A stretch of 64,000 nt of DNA, from the NCBI GenBank assembly GCA_964641775.1, contig CAZXLK010000001.1, positions 144 to 64,143 of the forward strand, in the 5' to 3' direction. Source of the stretch: an uncultured bacterium (GTDB taxonomy: Bacteria; Chlamydiota; Chlamydiia; Chlamydiales; SM23-39). The first letter of the stretch is position 1; every line of letters begins with the position of its first letter. This document shows, piece after piece, positions 46,154-54,330 of this stretch. A program made the position numbers and the translations under genes. Below the pieces are notes generated by a model. The model saw nothing but the letters and a program-made list of their open reading frames with translations. It made no database searches and was not told the DNA's origin.

Positions 46154-47227
46154 CTATATAAAATGAATTAGATTTTCTTTTATTTTTTTAATAGGAACAG
46201 AGTAACAATTGCTTCTCTTATTGTTTCGAAAAAGTCTCATTGTCGGATACCAGTAACTATCATTTCGGAAGATGCCCCACCTCCAACAGGGCAAAAAGGG
46301 TATGAGAACCCAAGTTGGAATTCCCATAGACCCACTTAGATGGGCGATCGAAGTATCGCAAAGAATGGCTAATTCACAGGTTTTTAAAATCTCTACAGTG
46401 TCTAAAAAGGTTTCGATTTTAGGCCTTTGAATCCCATACATCTTAAGTAGTTTTTCTTCTTCCTGAGAGACTATTTTCTGGACAACAACAAATTGGGTGT
46501 TAGGTTCATCGAATAGAGTAGTAAATTGTGCAAGATCGATCGATTTGCCAGGATAAATACAGGGGTCTATGCGAGGATTTTCAGATTCAGTTCTCCACAT
46601 AATTGCAATTCTTCTTTGAATCGGCTTTAGTTGGATGTTTAAAGGCAACGGAGGAGGAACATTAAAAGGATCTGTTCTACATGTGTAACCCAAACTATCA
46701 TGATAGATAATTTTATCTACATGATCCCAAAGGCTATAGTCTGAATGGATTGTGACATCTAAATGTTCAAGGAGGGAATGTAATTCAGGCTGCAAATGTA
46801 TCGAGACATTGCAGAATTTTTTCAAATAGGGAACATAACGGAGCCATTGGATTGAGTCTCCTAAGCCTCCATGGCAATAAATCAGGAGTTTTTGTCCCTC
46901 TATATTTTCCCCTCTCCATAACTTTGTTTTTGGAATCGGCTTTAAATAAGGGTCGATGCGAGCTTCATGAAGCTCTAATCCCTTCATTAAATCTCCTTTT
47001 ATGAGAACACTAAGGCATTGAAAATATAAAAATCGGGGGTCAGGATTGTTATTAAAAGCATATTGCCAAGCATTGATCGCTTCATCATAACTTTTTAAAA
47101 GATAGAACCAATTAGCAAGAACAGGCCAACTTGCCGGATTTATATTATGTGATACTTTCCGGCACAACTCTAAAGCCTTATCCTCCTCACCTTTTAAAAG
47201 GAATTCCGAAAATAATTTCTCAACCAT
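46154..47227 (-). CDS. short-TPR + GT9-like glycosyltransferase (paralog of 10643..12412 C-terminal part)
   Basis: Contains LLIYCHGGLGDSIQWLRYVP and CDTSIAHLSGSMGIPTWVLIPFLPCWRWGIFRNDSYWYPTMRLFRN. Confidence 0.8.
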   Translation of the reverse strand: MVEKLFSEFLLKGEEDKALELCRKVSHNINPASWPVLANWFYLLKSYDEAINAWQYAFNNNPDPRFLYFQCLSVLIKGDLMKGLELHEARIDPYLKPIPKTKLWRGENIEGQKLLIYCHGGLGDSIQWLRYVPYLKKFCNVSIHLQPELHSLLEHLDVTIHSDYSLWDHVDKIIYHDSLGYTCRTDPFNVPPPLPLNIQLKPIQRRIAIMWRTESENPRIDPCIYPGKSIDLAQFTTLFDEPNTQFVVVQKIVSQEEEKLLKMYGIQRPKIETFLDTVEILKTCELAILCDTSIAHLSGSMGIPTWVLIPFLPCWRWGIFRNDSYWYPTMRLFRNNKRSNCYSVPIKKIKENLIHFI

Positions 47228-47296
47228 ATTTATCTTTTTTCCTTATACCGCTCGTGATTGAAAATCTATATTAATGTAAAAATTATTTCTATTGTG

Positions 47297-47338
47297 TTTT
47301 TTCTGTATTTAATGATAATTATTTTTTTGCATTTATTT
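47297..47338 (+). promoter_or_regulatory. conserved AT-rich upstream element TTTTTTCTGTATTTAATG..ATTATTTTTTTGCATTTATTT
   Basis: Near-identical to 49442-49484 upstream of the paralogous gene. Confidence 0.35.
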
Positions 47339-47388
47339 ATAATATGTCGTAGAAAGAGATGGAAGGAAAAAACATCATAGGTTTTAAT

Positions 47389-48723
47389 ATGTATTTAAAA
47401 GACATTGAAGATAAGATTTCGAATCTATCTGTTAAGAAATTAAAGTATCTCCATGCATTAAAGGCTCATGGAGCAAATCGAATCTGTGTCATTGGCAACG
47501 ATGACATAGATTTATCATTTGCTGCAGCGTCAAACGGAATGCAGGTAACGGTAGTCAATTATGATCCTGCTTTTGATAAGTACAATTTATTGAACTCGAA
47601 ACACTCAATTACCTACATCCCTTTTGACCATCTAACGAAAAAGTTCGACGCAGTGATTTGTAATATCCCTTTGGGCAATCTAAAGGATCGAACTTTAAAG
47701 CTTGTAAATGCCGGTGGATTATTATGTATTAATAGCTCATTGGAAAGTGATCGTTTTGAGGCTTTTCAAGAAGGTATTTTTAGAAAGAGAAAAACTCGGG
47801 ACATCCCCGTTATTTTCTTTGTGAATCATAAAGCGCATCAGTGTGGTGTTTATCAATATGGTAAAAGAATTGCCGACATCTTAAAAAATTCAAAGAATTG
47901 TTATTTTCATTATGTAGAATCTGATTCTGCTCAAGAATTTGCAAATCAATATAATAACTTTAAGCCAAACGGAATCATCTATAATTTTCATTATCTTACC
48001 ATGAAATGGCTTGATACGAACCTTAGAGAACAAATTAAAAACCATGAAGTCTTTCAAGTCTCTATTTTTCATGATCATGTCTTGGCTGGCTTTGATTATT
48101 ATATTCCGGTTGATCCAAATTTTGAAGAATCGAAAATCAGTTTTCAGAGCCCAAGGCCATTATTTGAATATGAAAACAAATTCCCTCTTTCCCAAATTCC
48201 GATCATCAATTGTTTTGGGTTTGGCTTCGGCAATAAAGGGCAGATCAAATTAGCCCAATTGGTGAATTATGAATTTGATGAGGCGATTTTGAACTTTCAC
48301 ATCCCTGCGAGTCACTTTTGCGACGCTCAAGGAATGCAGGCGCAGGCAATTGCAAATTTATGTCAAAGAGCCATCACAAAAAAAGGAATTCAACTCCATC
48401 TAAGCCATAGATTTATGCCGGAAAATGAGTTGCTCGATTTTTTAGCAAAGGGCAGTTTGAATGCATTTCTTTACGATGAACTCAATCTAGGTGGATGTGC
48501 AAGCACCATTGATTATGCATTATCTGTAAAAAGACCTATTGCAATTACAAAGAGCCATATGTTTCGCCATATTCGCGATGCAAAGCCCAGCATTTGCGTA
48601 GAAGATCGAAGTCTTAAAGAAATTATGGCATCCGGCTTTACACCATTAGAGCCATTTTACGAAAAATGGAAACCATCCAATTTGATTCGATCCTATGAAA
48701 ATATAGTAAAAAAGCTTGTTTAA
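47389..48723 (+). CDS. two-domain MT-like + GT-B-like protein, close paralog of 43033..44367
   Basis: The start MYLKDIEDK was chosen by homology. The C-terminal ~100 aa are almost identical to the paralog (RPIAITKSHMFRHIRDAKPSICVEDRSLKEIMASGF). Confidence 0.75.
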   Translation: MYLKDIEDKISNLSVKKLKYLHALKAHGANRICVIGNDDIDLSFAAASNGMQVTVVNYDPAFDKYNLLNSKHSITYIPFDHLTKKFDAVICNIPLGNLKDRTLKLVNAGGLLCINSSLESDRFEAFQEGIFRKRKTRDIPVIFFVNHKAHQCGVYQYGKRIADILKNSKNCYFHYVESDSAQEFANQYNNFKPNGIIYNFHYLTMKWLDTNLREQIKNHEVFQVSIFHDHVLAGFDYYIPVDPNFEESKISFQSPRPLFEYENKFPLSQIPIINCFGFGFGNKGQIKLAQLVNYEFDEAILNFHIPASHFCDAQGMQAQAIANLCQRAITKKGIQLHLSHRFMPENELLDFLAKGSLNAFLYDELNLGGCASTIDYALSVKRPIAITKSHMFRHIRDAKPSICVEDRSLKEIMASGFTPLEPFYEKWKPSNLIRSYENIVKKLV

Positions 48724-49385
48724 ATATTTCGTCTTCCCGGATGAAGAACATAATCCATAATAACATTTGGCTTAACGGGATGCACTGCAGCATCCCTAAA
48801 ATTTTTCGGCATGAATGGTCCCGAATTCATTCTCATCATCTGTTCCAAACAACGCTCCGGAGAAGTAGAACTGCCATAAATAGAATTTAATGTTAGAAGA
48901 TCTTTATAATCCCAAGCTTTCATAAAATTCTTAGGCGTTGCACATCCGGTAATATCTAAATAATATGGACCGGAAACATAAGCATCTTTTTCGAAACATT
49001 GATTCAGATCATAAAACTTATAGGAAGTGTCGATTCGACAATAAAAAACAAAATCAAAATTTTTAAAATTTTCATAAATACGATTTGATCCATTCTTCAT
49101 GGTGTAAAAATGCTTATAAGCATGATATGCACAGCAGCCATCTGGGGTTCTTGTCCTTAATAAATTCGTTTCCACATCAATTCGATCTGGTTCATCTACT
49201 AGAATAGGTAAATCGATCTTTGTCGATAGATGTTCTACAAATTCTCTATCTAATGGGTTATTCCATGTATGAAGAACAACTTTTACTTCATGGTCTACAA
49301 AACTATTGATTATGTCTTGAAAATTAGATAGGCAAAATTTAAGATCTGGTCTAATCGGTCCTTTTATAAAAATAACGATTTTCAT
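48720..49385 (-). CDS. hypothetical protein, weak WavE-like N-terminus (tentative glycan-synthesis accessory)
   Basis: 221-aa ORF. KIVIFIKGPIRPD..VKVVLHTWNN resembles the WavE family start. The functional call is low confidence. Confidence 0.5.
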   Translation of the reverse strand: MKIVIFIKGPIRPDLKFCLSNFQDIINSFVDHEVKVVLHTWNNPLDREFVEHLSTKIDLPILVDEPDRIDVETNLLRTRTPDGCCAYHAYKHFYTMKNGSNRIYENFKNFDFVFYCRIDTSYKFYDLNQCFEKDAYVSGPYYLDITGCATPKNFMKAWDYKDLLTLNSIYGSSTSPERCLEQMMRMNSGPFMPKNFRDAAVHPVKPNVIMDYVLHPGRRNI

Positions 49386-49432
49386 TATATTCTCCTTGTT
49401 AATTCTAGTTTACAATTTAAAATTTATATCAT

Positions 49433-49484
49433 TCTACTAGATTTTTTCTGTATTTAATGCAAATTATTATTTTGCATTTATTTT
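49433..49484 (+). promoter_or_regulatory. conserved upstream element TCTACTAGATTTTTTCTGTATTTAATG..TTGCATTTATTTT
   Basis: Shares 20 nt (TCTACTAGATTTTTTCTGTA) with 52413-52432, and the rest with 47297-47338. Confidence 0.35.
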
Positions 49485-49546
49485 CGACTTATTTCACACT
49501 GGAATTTAGAATTTTGATAAATTGCATAATTAAACATAAGGAATTT

Positions 49547-51124
49547 ATGAAGACACTTTCCAAAACATTAGAAGTTGCAGATTATGATGTAAGTCCCGAA
49601 ATGAATTTTATGAATCAAATGAAAATCAAATTTGGGGGCACATTCTCACCCACTCATAATCATCGCACTTGGGAATACGGAATATGTTTAAAAGCTCTTC
49701 TTGCAAATGGCTCAAAAAGAATTTTGCAAATAGGAGGCAGTGGATCGGTTTTTGCTGCATCAGCTGCTTTGGTTGGGATGGATGTAACAGTGGTAGATCC
49801 CGATCCGGCAGGCGCTGATTTTTTTCCAAAACAAAATCTCCTTTTACAATATAAGGGAATTCATTATGAACAGCTAGATTTCCTCAAATATAAAAATCAA
49901 AAAAAGTTTGATGCGGTTGTTTGTTTGGGAGTATTGGCACATATCGCTGATGATCTGAACTTTTTTACCCATCTTTTGAGCTTTGTCAAGGAAAGGGGTT
50001 TATTATTTATGACCATGGACTTTCATCCAAGTGCGAATCAGCTGACAAGTGCTCACCATCGAACCTATAATGAAGAGAAGCTAATGAGTCTTGCGCAGCT
50101 TGGGTTTAATAAAGGATTTGCATTCTATGGAGGAGAGCCTGACTATTCATGGAAAGAAGAAAATGTTGCATCTCTTTCTTTAATAAGAAAAAAAAGGAGG
50201 GATGTTCCTGTTGTTCTTTTCGCAAATCATAAAGCTAAAAAACAATGCGGGGTTTATCAATATGGGAAAAGAGCTGCTCGCATTTTAGAGAGATCAACGA
50301 AATGTCGATTTATATACGTAGAATCCGATTCATTAAATGAATTTATTCCTGAAATAGAAAAATATCAGCCAAATGGGATCATTTATAATAACCATATCGC
50401 AAATTTTTCTTGGCTGCCTGGCGAAGTAAGGACTTTTCTGAAAAAGCATGGTGTTTTCGAAGCAGCTTTATTTCATGAGTCACATCTATCTTCTTTTGAT
50501 ACTTTTATTTCGATCAATCCCAATATTCCTGAATCTCCAATGACATTTACAACGCCTAGACCTTTATTTGAATATGATAACAAATATCCTCTGCCGCAAA
50601 TTCCTGTTATTAATAGTTTTGGATTTTCTTCAGATAAAAAGGGGTTTGATACACTTGTTAAGCTTGTAAATGAACAATTTGATACTGCAATAATTAATAT
50701 TCAAATCACTCATAATGAATTTAACGAAAGTATGGACGTTGTTTATCAAAACGCTGCTAGCTGCCAAGGTTTAATTACCAAACCAGGTATTCAATTGAAT
50801 ATCAACCATGAATTCCTCTCTGATGAAAAGCTACTCGATTTTCTTGCAAAAGCGAGTATAAATGTATTTTTATATCATCCTATGCATGGAAGAGGTTGTT
50901 CAAGCGTAATAGATTATGCACTTTCTGTAAGAAGGCCGATTGCTATCACTAAAAGTTTTATGTTCCGTCATATTTCTGATGCAAAACCAAGCATTTGCGT
51001 TGAAGATAGAAGTCTTCATGAAATCATGGCAACGGGCTTCGGTCCATTAGAGCCTTATTATGATAAATGGAGGCCTGAAAAATTCTTTTCTGCATATGAA
51101 GAGATTGTCGAATCATTAATGTAA
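49547..51124 (+). CDS. fusion protein: B-type SAM methyltransferase + GT-B-like domain, paralog of 44381..45955
   Basis: The start MKTLSKTLEVADY is preceded by TAAGGAA. Contains ILQIGGSGSVFAASAALVGMDVTVVDPD and VVLFANHKAKKQCGVYQYGKR..INSFGFSSDKKG..RPIAITKSFMFRHISDAKPSICVEDRSL. Confidence 0.75.
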   Translation: MKTLSKTLEVADYDVSPEMNFMNQMKIKFGGTFSPTHNHRTWEYGICLKALLANGSKRILQIGGSGSVFAASAALVGMDVTVVDPDPAGADFFPKQNLLLQYKGIHYEQLDFLKYKNQKKFDAVVCLGVLAHIADDLNFFTHLLSFVKERGLLFMTMDFHPSANQLTSAHHRTYNEEKLMSLAQLGFNKGFAFYGGEPDYSWKEENVASLSLIRKKRRDVPVVLFANHKAKKQCGVYQYGKRAARILERSTKCRFIYVESDSLNEFIPEIEKYQPNGIIYNNHIANFSWLPGEVRTFLKKHGVFEAALFHESHLSSFDTFISINPNIPESPMTFTTPRPLFEYDNKYPLPQIPVINSFGFSSDKKGFDTLVKLVNEQFDTAIINIQITHNEFNESMDVVYQNAASCQGLITKPGIQLNINHEFLSDEKLLDFLAKASINVFLYHPMHGRGCSSVIDYALSVRRPIAITKSFMFRHISDAKPSICVEDRSLHEIMATGFGPLEPYYDKWRPEKFFSAYEEIVESLM

Positions 51125-51164
51125 AAATAAATAAAATGCTTGCTCTTATTGAGCAAGCATATTT

Positions 51165-52355
51165 TTATACTTTTCCCCATTTTTGAATGGCCTGGTTGTA
51201 TTCGGGCCCAAAGTTGCCATCTATTGCTTGCCGCATAGCTTTTACACCTGCTAATGTCCCTCCCGGATGTCCATGAAGCGATCCTCCGCAATTTGCCATG
51301 TAATCAAATCCAATGTTTTTGGTAATTCCACCCACAAGCCCGGGGTGCATTCCGCAACTAAGAGCAGCAGCAACGTTTGCTTTTTGAAGTGTTTGAATCA
51401 CTTCATGTATGTCATCTCCTCCCTGATTGTAATACCCGCCAATCATCCCTGCATGAATGAAATCTACGCCCATCAGAGCTGCTAATTTGCAAATAAAATG
51501 CCACCGAATATGAAACTGATGCTCACTATGCGTTAAAACTTTATCACCGCTTTTTTGAAAATGGATAAATATGGGAAGATCCAATTCTCGAATTGCTTTA
51601 TATGTTCCAAGGCCGCTCCAGAAATTTAAATGGATAGCATTTGCTCCTAATGCATACACTTTTTGAACTCTATTTAAGACGTGGTGGGCATCTGCATTAA
51701 TACAAACAGCATAAATTACTTTTTTTCCTTTTAAATAATCCATAATCAATGGAACGCGAATTTCTATTGGACAGATTGGAGGATTGGACATGATCTCGTC
51801 TTCTTTGATGAAATTAACTCCTCCTTCGACCATTTCTTTTACTAATTCAAGGAGTGTGTCTGGAGTTACTCCTACTTTTGGCTTGATGATTCCACCAAGA
51901 AGAGGTTTATCATATACTCCTAAATAATCTCGAATTCCCCTCATGCCGTATTTAGGACCTTTAAATAGTTTTAAAATCTCTTTTGGAAAATCAACATCGA
52001 TAAGGTGGCATGCCAAGATATTTTCAATATCCATTTGCCCGCCCATCAAATGACATAATAATTTCGATATTCCATCAGTATTAATATCTATATTTGCGAT
52101 AGGAAAAGCGATATGAACAAACCCCCTCTTTTGATTTATTAAACTCTTCTCATCACCAATTACTAAACACGAATGATTTTCGAATAATTCTTCTGTTTCC
52201 CAATGATTTCTAACATTGGGATTTCCGACACTTTGTCCAATTGCAAGATTCCAAGCGGCATCTCTCAGATTGGTTTTACTCTCAAGCCAGTATTTTGCAA
52301 TAAAGTATTTCTCTACAACTATGATTGATCTAAATATATTCATATGTATTTTCAT
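51165..52355 (-). CDS. RuBisCO large-subunit-like protein (form IV RLP)
   Basis: GGIIKPKVGVTP and GGVNFIKEDEIMSNPP correspond to KPKLG and GGxDFxKDDE. GVDFIHAGMIGG is present, and the C-terminal CGGSLHGHPGGTLAGVKAMRQA corresponds to GGGxxGHPxGxxAGAxAxRQA. Confidence 0.8.
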   Translation of the reverse strand: MKIHMNIFRSIIVVEKYFIAKYWLESKTNLRDAAWNLAIGQSVGNPNVRNHWETEELFENHSCLVIGDEKSLINQKRGFVHIAFPIANIDINTDGISKLLCHLMGGQMDIENILACHLIDVDFPKEILKLFKGPKYGMRGIRDYLGVYDKPLLGGIIKPKVGVTPDTLLELVKEMVEGGVNFIKEDEIMSNPPICPIEIRVPLIMDYLKGKKVIYAVCINADAHHVLNRVQKVYALGANAIHLNFWSGLGTYKAIRELDLPIFIHFQKSGDKVLTHSEHQFHIRWHFICKLAALMGVDFIHAGMIGGYYNQGGDDIHEVIQTLQKANVAAALSCGMHPGLVGGITKNIGFDYMANCGGSLHGHPGGTLAGVKAMRQAIDGNFGPEYNQAIQKWGKV

Positions 52356-52412
52356 TATTTAATTAATCTGTTATTAATACGATTCGAATTTAAAAAGATT
52401 ATATTAGATTTG

Positions 52413-52432
52413 TCTACTAGATTTTTTCTGTA
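52413..52432 (+). promoter_or_regulatory. third copy of the TCTACTAGATTTTTTCTGTA motif, immediately upstream of the arginase-family gene
   Basis: Identical 20-mer to 49433-49452. It also sits in a divergent intergenic region. Confidence 0.3.
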
Positions 52433-52441
52433 AATTATTAT

Positions 52442-53329
52442 ATGTGCCAAAATATGGGGCGTATCTATCACGTAATTGGGGCCTCCTCCTGCTGGGGGGC
52501 GCAGATTAGGGCGTGCGAAAAAGGGCCGCGCGATTTGATCGAAGGAAGAGTTTTTGAAAGGCTTCAGCAGATGGGCGTCAAAATCAAAGATATTGAAATG
52601 CTCTTTCCTAACGAGAGGGCATCGGAAGTCAAACACCCTCTTGCTTCATCGCTTCCACTCATCCATGAATTCAATGTCCGCTTAGCGAAAAGAGTCCGTG
52701 AGATTCGGCAAAAAGGACAAATGCCCGTTGTCATTGGCGGCGACCATACAAATGCCGTAGGGACATGGAATGGGATGGAAAAGCCTTTTGGCCTTCTTTG
52801 GATTGATGCTCACATGGATGCCCATACGATGGAAACGACTCCATCAGGCGCCTTTCATGGGATGCCGGTTGCTGCGCTACTCGGTCATGGAGTGAGAGAA
52901 CTTTCGCAGCTTTTGAAAAAAGAGCCTGTTTTAACTCCGGAGCGACTTGCACTCATAGGGACCCGCTCTTTTGAAGAAGGAGAGGCCGATCTTTTAAAGA
53001 AATTGGGCGTGAAGATCTATTTCATCGAAGAAGTTCAAAAGCGGGGTTTAAAAGAGATTATCCCTGAGGCCATTGAACACGTAACTAAAGGGAGTCTTTC
53101 TCTTGGAATTAGTCTTGATCTCGATGCCTTTGCAATTGACGAGGCCCCGGGCGTGGGAAGTCCCGAATCGGGAGGAATCCATGCCAAGGAAATGCTTCCC
53201 CTCTTTTCGATCATTGGGAGCGATCCAAGGCTTTTAGCCTTTGAAATTGTTGAATTTAACCCCGAGCTTGACGTGAACCATATGACTAGAGAGCTGGTTT
53301 TTCAGATTTTAGAAAGAGTGATGCAATGA
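52442..53329 (+). CDS. arginase/ureohydrolase family enzyme (arginase-like)
   Basis: Mn-ligand motifs GGDHTNAVG, WIDAHMDAHT and SLDLDAF are present. The start could be 52442 or 52454. Confidence 0.85.
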   Translation: MCQNMGRIYHVIGASSCWGAQIRACEKGPRDLIEGRVFERLQQMGVKIKDIEMLFPNERASEVKHPLASSLPLIHEFNVRLAKRVREIRQKGQMPVVIGGDHTNAVGTWNGMEKPFGLLWIDAHMDAHTMETTPSGAFHGMPVAALLGHGVRELSQLLKKEPVLTPERLALIGTRSFEEGEADLLKKLGVKIYFIEEVQKRGLKEIIPEAIEHVTKGSLSLGISLDLDAFAIDEAPGVGSPESGGIHAKEMLPLFSIIGSDPRLLAFEIVEFNPELDVNHMTRELVFQILERVMQ

Positions 53330-54330
53330 TCAGAGTTCTTACCATTGATGACGTAAAAAAGCTCATAGAAAAAGTGGGGATCAAATCGTTTATTTTACAA
53401 CTGATTGATCAATTAGAAAAAGATTATTCCCGCTGGCAAGAATTTAAAAAATCTCCCCGACCTGCAATCTATTTTCCCGAAGGGGTAATTGAGGTCATGC
53501 CCATTGCAGATCAAGAGCTCTACTCCTTCAAATATGTGAATGGCCATCCGGAAAATCCCAAGAAGAAAAAATTAACTGTTGTGGGGCTCGGCCTAATGGC
53601 TCATGCGGCAAATGGCTATCCATTCCTATTTTCTGAAATGACGCTCCTCACTGCCTTTCGAACCGCAGCAACTTCTGCCTTGGCATCCAAGTATTTAGCA
53701 AGAAAAGGAAGTAAAACCTTTGGCATCATTGGAACGGGGGCTCAAAGCGAGTTTCAAACTCTTGCTCATCTGTTTGCACTTGATCTTAAAGAAATCTACT
53801 ACTTTGACATTGACCCGCAAGCGATGAAAAAATTTCAAGCAAATCTAAAGACCTACAAACTCATCCCCTGCAAAAGCGCGGAAGAAGTCGCCCAAAAATC
53901 GGATGTTCTTACCATTGCAGTAGCGGCAAAAGGGCATCAGAAAATCGTCAAAAAAGAATGGGTAAAAAAAGGGACTCATCTCAATGGCATTGGAGGAGAT
54001 AGCCCGGGAAAAACGGAGCTTGACCCTGCGCTTACTGCCCAGTGTAAAATCATCGTTCAATTCTTAGAGCAAACAAAGGATGAGGGTGAAATTCAAATGG
54101 TGGGAAAAGACAAAGTCTATGCCGAGCTTTGGGAGCTTGCCGCAAAGAAAAAACCGGGAAGAGAATCCAATGATGAAATCACCCTTTTTGACTCAGTAGG
54201 TTTTGCATTAGAAGACTTTAGCACCCTATACCTCGTTAATTTACTCGCAGAAAAAGAAAATATCGGCCATCATCTCAACATGATTCCGGAGCAGCTACAA
54301 AACCCCAAAAATCTCTTCTCGCTTTTATGA
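53326..54330 (+). CDS. ornithine cyclodeaminase / mu-crystallin family protein
   Basis: Contains TLLTAFRTAATSALASKYLA and FGIIGTGAQSEF (NAD fold). It has an ATGA overlap with the arginase gene stop. Confidence 0.85.
   Translation: MIRVLTIDDVKKLIEKVGIKSFILQLIDQLEKDYSRWQEFKKSPRPAIYFPEGVIEVMPIADQELYSFKYVNGHPENPKKKKLTVVGLGLMAHAANGYPFLFSEMTLLTAFRTAATSALASKYLARKGSKTFGIIGTGAQSEFQTLAHLFALDLKEIYYFDIDPQAMKKFQANLKTYKLIPCKSAEEVAQKSDVLTIAVAAKGHQKIVKKEWVKKGTHLNGIGGDSPGKTELDPALTAQCKIIVQFLEQTKDEGEIQMVGKDKVYAELWELAAKKKPGRESNDEITLFDSVGFALEDFSTLYLVNLLAEKENIGHHLNMIPEQLQNPKNLFSLL

Noticed and set aside
52355-52636. 93-aa minus-strand ORF spanning the RLP/arginase intergenic region
   Set aside because: It overlaps the 5' end of the arginase-family gene and the shared promoter motif. 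It has no recognisable features and is probably spurious.
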